Notes under the pieces: generated by a model
What the model was told of the DNA's origin: nothing
Database searches by the model: none
Seen by the model: only the letters and a program-made list of their open reading frames with translations
Program-made: the position numbers and the translations under genes
NCBI GenBank assembly: GCA_010093815.1
Contig: ML996571.1
Length of the DNA: 64,000 nt
Reading direction: 5' to 3' (one strand)
Source of the DNA: Pseudovirgaria hyperparasitica
Taxonomy: Eukaryota
Shown here: piece after piece, positions 26,204 to 38,197 of the stretch
How positions within the stretch are numbered: the first letter of the stretch is position 1
How the letters are laid out: each line of letters starts with the position of its first letter

Positions 26204-29200
26204 CTATATCCGGTCCCGTCCGATATGGCTCGGATTCGCAAAGTCGCGCTCCGACATATTCGAGCTAACACGACCATACACACCACCACCACCGCCACCG
26301 CCACGCCCAAACGTACCCAGACTACTGCTCGAGCGGTTCCACGCATTACTCGTCACGCGCTCCATCTGCGCGATTCCAAGACCGCGACTAGGCGTCATGG
26401 GCGTGGGCGGGGAGCGCGAGGACGAAGTAAGCGGAACGGGCTGGTACGCAGACGCAGACGCAGACGCGGGCCCAGTAGAGCGGATAGTCCAGGACGCCGG
26501 GGTCGGGGGCGTGCGATACGGTCTGGACACGGACTGGGGCGGGCTGCGCGAGGGCTGCAGCGAGGTGTAGCCGTGGTACAGCGCGGATGGGTTGCCGTAG
26601 CCATAGCCGTTGTATGCCGCTGTGCGGGCGTCGTCGTCGTGCGCGAGGGCGTGCTCCATGTCGATGTCGTTCCACGTCGGCGCGGGCGCAGGTGTGGGTG
26701 TGGGCGAGCGGGTGACGGAGCGGGGGAAGACCGGGTGGCCGGCGATGAGCATGAGCGGGCGGGCTTCGTTGATGGAGGCCGGGTCGTCGTCGTCGGGGAG
26801 GTCGGAGTCGGATTCTGCGGATTCGCGGAGCGGTGGCAGGCGGGCGGCGTGGAGGCCGTAGGGGGTGGTGGCTGTCTGTGAGTCGAGCTCGTTGATGCTG
26901 TTCTCGTCCATCTCGGCCATGCCGCGCTCGTCGAGCATCATGGCTGGGCCGCTGGCGTGTGAGAGGCCGCCTAGGGCGCCGGACATTTCGTGGTCGGGAG
27001 ACGGGGTGTAGGCGAGTGAGGGATGGCTGCCGGCGGAGAAGGAGGTGGAGCCGTATGTCTTGCTCACCATGGGGTCGTAGAGCCAGGCTTCTTGTGGGTA
27101 GACGCCTGTGGAGGCTCGGCGGGCAAGATCGCGTCTGGCGTATGCGCGACGCACGAGGAAGCCTGCCGCGAAGATGGCGAGGAGAGCTGCGGTTCCGGCA
27201 CCTGCGGCGATTCCGGCGATGGCGGGCGGCGGTAGGTCTACTGGACCTGGGCTTCCTTCGCTTCCGTCTTGAGGCCCATCGTTCGAGTCGCCGGTGCCAC
27301 CACCGCCAATGGGGTTGATTCCCGGACTTCCTCCACTTCCGGTCGTTGCTGGAGGATTCATGGCCCCGCCGTTGCTCGGATCAATCCAGTTTGAATCTGG
27401 CGTGCTAGTCGTGGTGATTACCAGCGTGGGTGAGGGTATCACTTGAGAAGCGCCATCCACTGTCGTGCTTTCTGGTACTGGAGCGAAAGTAAAATCTGGT
27501 GGAGTCCTGGTGGATATACCGGAGGGGTAACCATTGGCACCCACGTCGTCCGATGCGCTAGTGGGTGCAGTATCAGTAGGTAAAGCACCTGTCGACTTTG
27601 CGATTGTTCTGCTGGCACCACTGTCATTTGAGGTCTCGTTTGACGGAGCTGTGGGTGATTTCGTGCTGATCGCGGCGCTGTTCCCACTCCCTGTTGGAGT
27701 GAGAATACTTGCTGAATCTCCTGTCGTAGGTGACGTGCCTGTGACAAGCTGCGTTGTTCCCGCGCTACTTGGCGTAATGACGGAAGTGCCATTGTTATCG
27801 TCCTGGAGAACACGACTGGAGCTTATTGCTGTAGGGACCACGGTTGTGACAGGCAGATTTGTGATGCTGCTATCCCCAGTTGACTGACCCGGGTTCATGG
27901 GAAGCGGTGTCGGAGATGCAGTTAGGGTCGGAAGGGGCAGCGGGCCATTGGTGACTTCAGAGATAAAGCTACCTATAGCACTCTCGACGAAGCTTGGTAG
28001 GTCGGGAACACCGGTGGGTAGGACAAAGATGGGCGTAGTGGGGAGTACCTCGGAGAAGAAGCTATTCACAGCGCTTGGGATATGTGGAAGACCGGACGGT
28101 AGAGGGAAGATAGGTGTCGTAGGAAGCAGATTCGATAGGGCGCTCTCAATGAAACTCGGGATAATTGGGATGTCGGACGGTAGTACAATAATGGGTGTCG
28201 TGGGAAATAAATCAGGTATCGCACTTTCAATGACACTGGGGATATTTGGGATGCCAGTTGGTAGGTTCAAAATGGGTGTCGTAGGAATGATATCCGGTAT
28301 GACGCTTTCGACGAAACTCGGAATATTCGGGATGCCGGACGGTAGTACAATGATGGGTGTCGTGGGAAACAGATCAGGTATCGCACTTTCAATGATACTG
28401 GGAACATTTGGGATGCCAGTTGGTAAATTCAAAATGGGTGTCGTAGGGATGATATCCGGTATGGCACTTTCGATGAAACTCGGGATGTTTGGGATGCCAG
28501 TCGGTAGAACAATGACAGGTGTCGAAGGGATCAGATTCGATATAATGCTTCCAATAGGATTGTCGCTGGGAGTAATGATCGGTGGTATTACTGGGGTGAC
28601 CTTGGATAAAAAACTGTTAACCAGAGATCCGACCGGTCCGGGGATGAGATCACTGGGGAGAGCGACGCTGGGAATGATATTTGGTGGTGTCGGTATTATT
28701 GGATCGATGAATTCGGACTTGATACTGCTATGAACAGACTGCGCAGGGCCCGGAATGATGTCGGACGGTATCGCAATCGATGGTGTTGGTGTTGGTGTGG
28801 GCGTAGGTGTAATATTAGGTGCTGGAACGCTAGGCGTTGGAATGATATTAGATGGCACTATGTTCGACGGAATGATGTCCGGGACGACGATAGAGGGTTT
28901 TGGAGTCACAATAGGCTCATCCGGCGACGGGACAACACTACTTGCAGGCTCTGGTGGTGAACTTGAGGGAGTTTCGTGCGGTGGACTTGAGGGTGCTTCC
29001 TGTGGTGGACTTGAGGGTGCTTGCTGTGGTGATGTTATGACAGGAGGTTCCTCGAGGCGACTCGTAGGTAGTGCGGGCGAGTCTGATGTAACGTCTGCTG
29101 GTATCTGCCCAGTTGCTCCGTCTGTTGCGCCATCCAGAACCGACCGGGGCGCAAGCAGTCGGTCGTCGAGGGCAGCCCATCTTGCAAGAACATTTCCAGA

Positions 29201-29379
29201 CTGAGCACGAAGGTCTGTTTCATGATAAGCAAAGGTCTGAAGTGCCGAAGAGCACCTCTGGGAAGGAGTTGGTGGATGGGATGGGTAAGGCTGAACATAC
29301 CTCGAAGTGGAGTGGCAGCTGTCTGTTGGTGCAAGCACAAGGTAGTGCAGAGCAGTAGTAAGGCCGTCTTGTCCCACAT
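26204..29379 (-). CDS. Type I membrane mucin-like protein (signal peptide, Pro/Ser/Thr-rich ectodomain with 27-aa repeats, one TM helix, long cytoplasmic tail)
   Basis: Exon 1 (29379-29301, MWDKTALLLLCTTLCLHQQTAATPLR) and intron 29300-29215 (GTATGT..CAG) splice in frame into the long ORF. The TM helix is AIAGIAAGAGTAALLAIFAAGFLV, followed by RR. Confidence 0.82.
27960..28540 (-). repeat. Coding tandem repeat with an 81-nt (27-aa) unit, about 7 copies, and a 162-nt dimer sub-periodicity
   Basis: Equivalent positions recur at 28221, 28302, 28383 and 28464. Consensus is TTPI(I/L)xLP(T/S)GIPNIPSF(I/V)ESAIPD(I/L)(I/F)P. Confidence 0.9.
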
Positions 29380-31294
29380 TGCATATTCAAACGATTGACG
29401 ACCGCGAACGGGTTAAAGAGAAGAGAACATTTGGAGGATGGGGATGGAGAGAAGAAAGAGTACAGGCAGCAGAGAGCGAGAGACAAACAAACGGAGGACT
29501 GCAAGGCCAGGTAGATGCAGAAGATGGACAGAAGGCGGAAGGCGTCTCGGCGAGAAGACAAGACGACTGGGAATGGAGCCAAACCTTGCCAGAAACGTGG
29601 GCGGCGATCTTGGACAGGATATATTGCTAGCTAGAGAGAGAAGAGTTGTCGAGACGGCACAGTAATAGTTGGAGGATGGGACGTGCATCAAGGATCAAGT
29701 TTTGGCGTGCATGGCATGGCATGATAGCCCATCAGCATCTTTGTCGTAGTAGTTAGTGTGTAAATGTGTGTGTCTGTCCCCTTGTCCCCCCATGTTCTAT
29801 CTTGGGAGCGAGGCGAAGCATCCTGGCCTCTACTAATTAGCCTCTCTGCTGCTTGTCTCTTCTCGCGTCGCTTACTACCAACAATCGTGGCTTCTGTTGT
29901 TGCTGGTCATACCGATACTATCTACTCACTTTTGAGCAGCTACTATCATCATAGTATGTGTGTAAGTCCAAGCTCACTCCACAAGTCGCGGAACGAGTGC
30001 TGGTCTGTGGGAGTCAATGCATCTGAACCAACATCTACGCAGCCAGGGAGGCTGGACCACACACAGTGATGAATACTGCGCGCTGTGGACGTAATGTGAC
30101 TGTGCGGCCGTGAGAGAGTATTAGCATGAGCGTGTGTATATTGCCGAGGACAACGTCCATGCCTTCGCATTTGGCAGCCTTGCGTGGAGACAGCATCGCA
30201 ATGCGTGTGATGATGCCTGCTGTGAATGTGATGACTGTGATGAGCGTCAAGCGTTATACCTGATGAGTGTGTTCTTGGTCTGCTTAGGGCTTCACGCAGC
30301 ATTCCCTTCGCTCTCCTGACCAATCAACGTCGTCGAAAACAAAGGAAATAGAGCTACCCGTCCGCCTAGTCTTCATCCGGACACTATCCCCAGCCTAGAC
30401 AGGCTTTTCGGGAGCGGGATGCCCATCTTCGGACTAGCGCTGAATATCACGTTGGGAATGGAATTCTTAGCGGAATCATAAGTGAAAAGACGCCGCCTTA
30501 TGGACTTCGGCAGCTGGTCTTCCTCCACTACAACGACTATCACTACTAGTATTACTACTATTAATGTTATTAATATCATTGCTTCTACTTCTTCCAGTAC
30601 TATCGTTGCCGCTACGTACTACTGCTGACTCCAACACCAACAGCACAATATGTCCTTAATGATGCCCAGCAAAAATGCATCTATTTACCAGATAAACTAC
30701 TCTATACATACGTGCCCAGGTATTCTTCAGGCGCTATCGTAGTCTGTCATGCATCGATGGATCTGCTGCTCTGGCCCTATCCTGGCCCCCATATTCTCAG
30801 CCTGATGCTGCCAATTCATGCCGTGTTCGGTAGAATGCCCGGGAGCTCGTCCGTGCTTGAACACCCCCCTGATACTTGATCCATGACCTGGAGTCCTGGA
30901 CCATATGCTGTGCTCTGCTGTCGAATCAACGGCCAACCGTGCACGTTTGCTGAATCAAACAGAGAGATTTGTATATATACGTGTCGCCTTGTCTGACGGA
31001 GAATTTACCCGTCCCAGCCACAGATCGTGGCGCGTCCTCACATGGCTTGAGGCTTGATGCTTGATGCTTGAGCCACATTCATCTTCTAAGCTCCAACTCC
31101 AACATACTGTATCATTATTCTCTATCTATTGCGTTATATTCTGAAATATCTAAATCCATTTGGCCTCCACTCTCTGCTTCCTTCGTGCCCTTACTTTCTT
31201 CTCGGCATTCTGGAGTCTTTTCTTATCTCGGCACTTCTTCGTGCTCCTTCGGCTACATAATACAGCTCCCCCTGGGCTGGCCCCATGCTGCGGC

Positions 31295-32457
31295 TCATTG
31301 CTTCTCCATACCCATTTCATACGATGTTCCCTGCTGGACCACCATCTTCGCCGTGTCGTCACGAATAAGTTCCTGAAGCCACAATGGCAACCCACGCAGA
31401 CCCGGTGCGGCTCTGGTCCAGAACAGGTTGGGCAGGAAGATTCTGCCGCGCTTGCACTCTAGAATCTGTTTCGACATGGCATCTCCAACGGTGCCGACCT
31501 TCATGATTGGTGTCTTGGATGCCTTCTTGATGTCCTCCTCAAGCTGCTCCGTCAGTCGGGTGCTGGTCCAGAGCGGGTAGACAATCGAGGTGAGAATCTC
31601 AGGGCAGTGGTACCGATGTTTCAGCTCCTGGTTCAGCGATTCATAAAACGCCGTCAGCGCTGCCTTGATACTGCAATAGTCTGATATGCCCGCAATGCCG
31701 GTGAATGCGCTCATGCTAGACACGCTCATGATGTGGCCCTTCTTCTTCTTGATCATGTCGGGCAGGAACTCTTGGATCGTGTACCATTGCGCGATCAGGT
31801 TGATGTCGAAGATGGCATGCAGAGCGCCAGGCGTAAGGTTGAGAATGTCACCCGCATTGCCGATTCCCGCATTGTTGACGAGGATAGACGGCGAACCCAG
31901 GGTGGAACGGACCTCTGTGGCAGCCTTGGCCACGGCCTCGCGGTTGCGGAGATCGCAGTTGAAATATTTGATGTTCGGAGCTGCCTTGGCTGTTGCGAGT
32001 CAGCCGCTGAGATTGCGATCCATAATGCGACATGTCGAGTGACATGACTGTGCCGCCAAAACTTACAAGCTTTGAGTTCCGCACTCAGATCCATGACATC
32101 GAGCACAGCGACCTTGACTCCCCTGAGCGCCAGGCGTTCAGCAGTCGCGGCGCCAATGCCGTTGGAGCCTCCAGTAATCACAGCCACTTCTTGCCCCCAG
32201 ACCCAGTCCTTGGTACTATCGCTGCTCCATTTCCAATTGCGCAGCGCCCATCCATTGAGGACATTGTTTATAAGCGATACAACGCCCAGCGGAACGAGGA
32301 ACTTCAGCACAGTGACAAGGATATCGACGGGTACCTTGATCGAGCCGAGCTTCTCAACCAATGGTCCTCGCACTTCCGGCGGCCCAAACGCCAGAACAGC
32401 GAGAAGAGGGCCGGTCACGAAGGGAGAGAGCACCACTTTTGGAATCAGAGAAGCCAT
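31295..32457 (-). CDS. Short-chain dehydrogenase/reductase (17beta-HSD11/retinol dehydrogenase-like, N-terminal membrane anchor)
   Basis: Motifs TGGSNGIG, NNAG and YCSIK. An intron from 32066 (GTAAGT) to an acceptor at ~31981-31990 joins the two ORFs in frame. Confidence 0.92.
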
Positions 32458-32860
32458 GATGATGAAAGATGATGCAACTGGCGACAAATACCTGCGGCGA
32501 GGAGGAGAATCTTGAGAGAAATTGCTGAAATGTCACTTCGTCCGTAGTCAATATGTACGTACGGACTTCACATGAAAGCCGAGGCAGGGGTCCATTTTCT
32601 GTGTAGATCTAGTTTCACACTCGCGCAAATACGGATTCTCCGCAATACTGAATTGACTATCTCGGCATCTCGAACAGATGTTGAGAAGAACTATATCAAC
32701 GAGCAAAATCTTATACAGGGGTCAATATAGCACTACTTCATCTATCCTTGTCCCGCGCCCGTGTAACCGGGCACAGATTGGAGGATGACTAAGCCTAGCC
32801 TCGCAACTCTTCCCTAACTGGAACCACGAGCCAAAATAATCATCCTCCTCATATTCCCAC

Positions 32861-34555
32861 ATGCCACCACCTCGGATACACCAGATCAGAGGAACACTCA
32901 CTCCGTTCCTCTATCCGCTTCTATGGGAAGAGGCGTGCGTGGGCGTCGGTCGTCGGCTGCCGAGACAGAGGACGCGTTGCTACGTGCAGCAATGCAGGAA
33001 ATATTCTACACCCACCACAACAACTCCAACGTCGCCCTCTGATCCAGCTCAATTGCCCGAGGGCAGACTCAATCCGTCACGCGACGACTACTCCATCACT
33101 CCCTTTGCAGACCGCTGCGTTCTCACTCTCGCTGCTGGGTCTGGTGGTCATGGCTGCGTAAGCTTCTTGCGCGAGAAATATATCGAGGATGGGCCCCCCA
33201 ATGGTGGAGATGGCGGGACAGGAGGAAACGTCTATATCCAGGCCGTCAGAGGCGAAACATCGTTGCATAAACTGGCACGCAGACGCACGATATTCGCAGG
33301 AAGAGGCAAGAATGGCCAAGGCAAAACCAAGGGCGGCGAAAGAGGCGAGGATGTGCTCCTCACCGTGCCAGTCGGCACCGTCGTTCGCGAAATCACTAGA
33401 CATGATCCTGTAGGAAACGAAGAGAGACGGATATTCATGGAGCAGGGAGGTCTTCAGCCGGGAGAGAATGACACAGGCTTTGAGGGTGGAAATTGGCAAG
33501 ACAAGAAATGGCTGCTCTACCCTGGTATCCCAGCCTCGAAAATTGCGTTGATGCCTATGCCAAAGGTACCACCGCCGCGAAGATCACCATTAGCTGCAAT
33601 GGAGCCCAGCGGCCCCATTCGCCTCGACCTAGACAAACCTATGGATCGGCCTATGCTGCTCGCTGCGGGTGCTGTAGGAGGTCTAGGCAACCAGCACTTT
33701 GTATCAGAAGAGTTGCGCAAACCTATGATGGCTACGCGAGGAGCAGATGGGACGAAAATATCCGTGCAGCTTGAGCTCAAGCTGCTGGCGGACGTCGCAT
33801 TGGTCGGCCTGCCGAACGCTGGGAAAAGTACTCTGCTCAGGGCGATCAGCAACAGCAATGCTCGGGTTGGCAGCTGGGCCTTCACCACGCTGCAGCCAAA
33901 CATTGGCACGGTAGTTCTAGACGACCACAAAGGCCGCCCCAAGTTGACTTTGCGCGAGACCAGCGGCGAGACTCGACCCAACTTTCTGATCGCTGACATC
34001 CCAGGACTGATAGAGGACGCACATCTCGACAGAGGACTCGGGCTGGGCTTCCTCCGCCATGTCGAGCGCGCTGCATGCCTTGCATTCGTCATCGATCTCT
34101 CTGCAGGTGACGCCATCGTCGCGCTGAACAGTCTGTGGAAGGAAGTCAGCGAGTACGAGCTGCTCCGCGAGAAACAGCTGTATGCCGAATCGCAACGAAC
34201 GGTCAACTACAAACCCTTCAACAACGATCTTGAGCATCTGTCCAACGCCGATTTTGTCACAGCGCCAGACCAGGACGCACACCCACTCCCATCCCTCGCA
34301 TTGCCTCCTCTGTCTGCCAAGCCCTGGTTCGTCGTCGCAACAAAAGGTGATCTCCCAGAAACACAGCACAACTTTGGCGCACTCCAGTCCTACATGCAAG
34401 CCATCGCGGCAGGCAGACTGCCGCATCCCTCAGGCAAGGCAAACGCCTGGAAGAGAGTGCTTCACGCTGTTCCTGTCAGTGCCATTCGCGCAGAGGGTAC
34501 CCAACGCATTGCCGAGGTCGTCGTCGAGCTGCTGCAGCCAGCGGCGGTAGCGTGA
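32861..34555 (+). CDS. MTG2: Mitochondrial Obg-family GTPase (mitoribosome assembly)
   Basis: Gly-rich Obg fold (GGHGCVSFLREK, GGDGGTGG), G1 GLPNAGKS, G2 FTTLQP, G3 DIPG, G4 TKGD, and an Arg-rich N-terminal presequence. Confidence 0.93.
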   Translation: MPPPRIHQIRGTLTPFLYPLLWEEACVGVGRRLPRQRTRCYVQQCRKYSTPTTTTPTSPSDPAQLPEGRLNPSRDDYSITPFADRCVLTLAAGSGGHGCVSFLREKYIEDGPPNGGDGGTGGNVYIQAVRGETSLHKLARRRTIFAGRGKNGQGKTKGGERGEDVLLTVPVGTVVREITRHDPVGNEERRIFMEQGGLQPGENDTGFEGGNWQDKKWLLYPGIPASKIALMPMPKVPPPRRSPLAAMEPSGPIRLDLDKPMDRPMLLAAGAVGGLGNQHFVSEELRKPMMATRGADGTKISVQLELKLLADVALVGLPNAGKSTLLRAISNSNARVGSWAFTTLQPNIGTVVLDDHKGRPKLTLRETSGETRPNFLIADIPGLIEDAHLDRGLGLGFLRHVERAACLAFVIDLSAGDAIVALNSLWKEVSEYELLREKQLYAESQRTVNYKPFNNDLEHLSNADFVTAPDQDAHPLPSLALPPLSAKPWFVVATKGDLPETQHNFGALQSYMQAIAAGRLPHPSGKANAWKRVLHAVPVSAIRAEGTQRIAEVVVELLQPAAVA

Positions 34556-36280
34556 TGTACAATCGAGGCGCAGCACCGCAGCAGCACCGCAGCGCCTGCA
34601 AGTCGGACGCCATCTGCCAGCCATCTGCCAGCCATCGTCACCCGCTTGCTCCTTCCCGTATGAGCAAGCTACCTACGGAGCGCGCAGAAACAACTTCTAC
34701 TCTGCTTCTTCGATCGTGATTGCTGACGTGAGGAGGACATGCGACCTGTTTCTGAGGACTTGTGAGACATGGATCAGGCCGCAGCTTCGAATGCAGATTA
34801 CAACACCTGAGAAACGCAAACAAGGCTTGTTGCGCGGGAGATGTACAGCTAGATCTCCGATGTGCCGTTCGAATGCTTCGAATGCTTCGAGTACATAATA
34901 CATCCCAGCAGCAGCGTCTGTACATAGGACATTGTACATAATTCCTGCCCGTCTCTCCACGCTGCGCTGACGCTGCGCTGCAATGCAAAACCTCGCTTCT
35001 GTACATAGGATAGTATAACAATTCTACACAGCGTGGTGGCTCCAAACACCCCACCGACCGCCGCTGCGGCTCTGAAACATAGACAGAGAGTATCGTTTCA
35101 TTTATACTTCGCATTGATAAATCACGCGTCTACGTTGACGCATTATAACGCCTTTTTCCGTGTATGTTTATTCTCAGTTCCATTTCTTCGCCGTCGTCGC
35201 GGTTCTGTATTCATGTGTGTATATTTCTCTATATGTTGATGTATCCATGTGTCTCTGTTTACAGTCGCCGACTTAAATTGACTAAACTTTGTGGTCGCCA
35301 TCTCGAATGGACGCTTCTCTCCGCAGCGTTTTCTTTGCTAGGATATCTAGGATACATGCGGCCAAACGCTATGTATACGTACATAGATAGCCCCATACAA
35401 AATACATACAATCACCCGTCCGATTCAGTCCCAGCAACGCAGTCTTTCCCCTCCCCAAAATCAACCAATACTAGATCCGCAGTCCTCAGCCTTGTCATGC
35501 CTTGCCTTGCCTTTGCCTACCCCAGTCCTCAGCCAGCCTCGCCCAATAAATAGACATGGATACCTCCCACTCTCAAGACGGGTAGATACACAATAATCAA
35601 CCAATTAACCCGTACTCATTAGCCGCTATTGAGCGTGTGCTTGCATAGGAGCAATGGCCACAATGACATAACAAACCTAATAAACATGCTGTCATGCCTT
35701 GATCAGGTCTTGAGGCTTGGACTTGAGGTCTGGAGGTTTGATAGGGTGGATTCTGGACTGTACTAGAACCCCGCACTTTTACCTATCCATGGCTGGATCC
35801 ATGCAAAAGCTGCAGGTGGTGGATGTCACAGTTGCATTTGCGGGTGCGGGTTGCAGGCTGTATGGTCAGTCACGTTATTGGCATTGTTACGTTACATTCT
35901 TGAGGGGTGGTTTATGCGTGGTGATGCGTGGATAGCGTTTGGGATGTTTTGATGGTGCTGTGATGTTTTTGATGCTATTTCTGGAGATTGGGTTTTTGGG
36001 GTGGTTTGATTTGGGATGTGGTGGGTTGCTGGGTGGGTTATGTGGTTTTTTCTTCTTTTGGTAGTAAGGTTGTTAGAGGAGGTAGACTTGTGCTGTATAT
36101 GGATATGAAGTGTGTAAGAGTGGTCTATTGATTTTGTAATACGGGTGGAGTATGTGATTGCTGTGGTTTGATTCCTGGATTTGAGTTTGTATCTGTGTTT
36201 TCATGTGTTGAGTTTGATATTGTATGTTCGTCTGTTTGTGTTTTTGTGTTTGCGTGTTTGATTATTCGGCTCATGAATTG

Positions 36281-36785
36281 ATCCGTCTGTAACTTTTTCA
36301 GCGCGACTCTTGGCACGCGTCGCGCGCGCAACACACCACTTTTTCTCTTATTCTTAAAACTTACCTTTTCCCTAATATCTCTAGAACTAGAACTCTAGGA
36401 AGTTTTCTAATTATATATAAATATACCTCTATATAGTCTCTTACTCTCTATATAAGAAAATTAATTAAAAAAGAATAGACTAATTAGTTATTCTAAGAAA
36501 AGCTCTATAAAGTAGAGAGCTACTAAAGTACTAAGGTACGTAGTAGAGAAAATAAGAGAATAGAGATTTTCTCTATTATCTATCTCTTTAAGACTCTTTA
36601 GTCTTTAAAAGAACTTAATAAGTACTCTTTAGATATAACTAAAAGTATATATAATCTTTTAATACCTTCTAGAGTCTTAATACTAGGGTTATTAAAGGAA
36701 ATCGTGGTTTTTAAGAATGAGAGAAAAAGTGGTGTGTTGCGCGCGACACGTGCCAAGAGTCGCGCTGAAAAAGTTACAGACGGAT
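36281..36785. mobile_element. Non-autonomous DNA transposon (MITE-like) with ~80-bp terminal inverted repeats and a RIP-like AT-rich interior
   Basis: 36281-36360 (ATCCGTCTGTAACTTTTTCAGCGCGACTCTTGGCAC...) is the near-perfect reverse complement of 36707-36785. The interior is TpA-rich and CpA/TpG-poor. No clear target-site duplication. Confidence 0.85.
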
Positions 36786-38197
36786 TACATTCTGTCACCT
36801 TTATTCGTGCCTGTCCACTTTTAGAGCGAAAGTAGTTAATCATCCACTTCGATGATAGCTGATATCATGGCTTGCCTTTGTATCGTGCTCTGGTGTGCTG
36901 TACTATACCATACAGTACTATGCTATCTTCTACCCGGTATGCATTTCATCATCATATGTATACTAGTCAGGTTGTACCATCCATTCGTCACAAAAGTCCA
37001 CCACATTATCATGCATTTCTCCATCTACTTACTTCCCACTCCCTAGAGTATCTAATCTCTAGCCTTTAATCTTAAGCCTCATGTCAGGCAAATGTCAGGC
37101 AAGTGTCAAGGTTGACCTTAGTCTCCGTACCAAGCGCTAGATCTGTTAAACTAAGTGTCAGAGCTCGTCACGACTGCATGGCGAACATTGCACGACTGAT
37201 CGGTTGACTGACTATGCAGGTAAGATAAGTAATCAGACATCCATGCAGGCAAGTGAGGAACGTACAACGTACGTATGTAGTCAGGCAAACAGGCAAACAG
37301 ACAGACAGGTACCATCATCTCCAACGCATACATACGCATACAAATCCAATGCTATTCTATGTATATGCTTTATAACTATTGTTTTATCGCGCGTCAGTCC
37401 CTCTAATCTCCTTTGTCTTGTCCTGTCTCGTCCTGTCATGTGCTGTTCCCCGTCTTGCAATCTGGTGCGGGATACGACACGACGCGAGGCGAGATACCTG
37501 TCTGTATATGCAATATCCATCCAATATTATCTAAGCGCCCGGCCGCAGCTGCTATGCTGTGCTCCGTTTTTCACGCACGCGCATTGTTTATGGGCATGGG
37601 TGTGGGCATGAACATGGGCGTTGGTTGATTGGGGAGATGGACATGGACATGGACATGCGTAGTAACTAGCTACGTACACTGTGTTAATTGCCAAGCTAGC
37701 TGTGTAGGTAAACGGGTGGGTAGTCAGTAAGAAGTTGTCAGCCAGCCTTGTGATGTGGGTACGGAGCGCCCGCCTGCGCGTCTGTCAAGAGATATAGCAA
37801 CATTGAACATCTGGAGAGAGACGCACTGCATCACCCACCATGGATGTACGCACACCGTGTCGCAGAGCATATCGTACGTCGTGTAACAACAGATTATACA
37901 GGGTCGATTTTGGGACTAAATGTACATACAGAAGAGTGGGAATGGAGATTCTAGTATCATACAAATAATACCAGCGACATGTATCATCCACAGCCATATC
38001 GCGGAAGGAACGCCGTTGAAATGCCGTGATATCTCCAGTATTCCCGAGCGGCCAAAATACAAGGGATAGTCGGGACGTCTCAAAAGTCTATGGTACAAAA
38101 GGGGCAATGAGATGCCGGAGACGGTGTCGAGAAGGTGTGGGCGAGGTCGGAAGTCGAAGAGCGGTGGACGCATACAAGAGGAGGGAAGTCATTGAGC

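Noticed and set aside
27960..28540. Regularly spaced repeats considered as a CRISPR-like array
   Set aside because: They are contiguous in-frame degenerate coding repeats without unique spacers, in a eukaryotic genome with no cas genes.
27897..28733. 278-aa antisense ORF with periodic MG..G repeats
   Set aside because: It mirrors the 81-nt coding repeat of the mucin-like gene, which has the signal peptide and TM helix.
34600..38100. Long gap between MTG2 and MSS116 examined for tRNA, snoRNA or telomerase RNA
   Set aside because: No tRNA boxes, convincing C/D boxes or CTAACCCTAA-type template were found by eye, only simple repeats and the TIR element. An Rfam/Infernal scan is needed to exclude an ncRNA.
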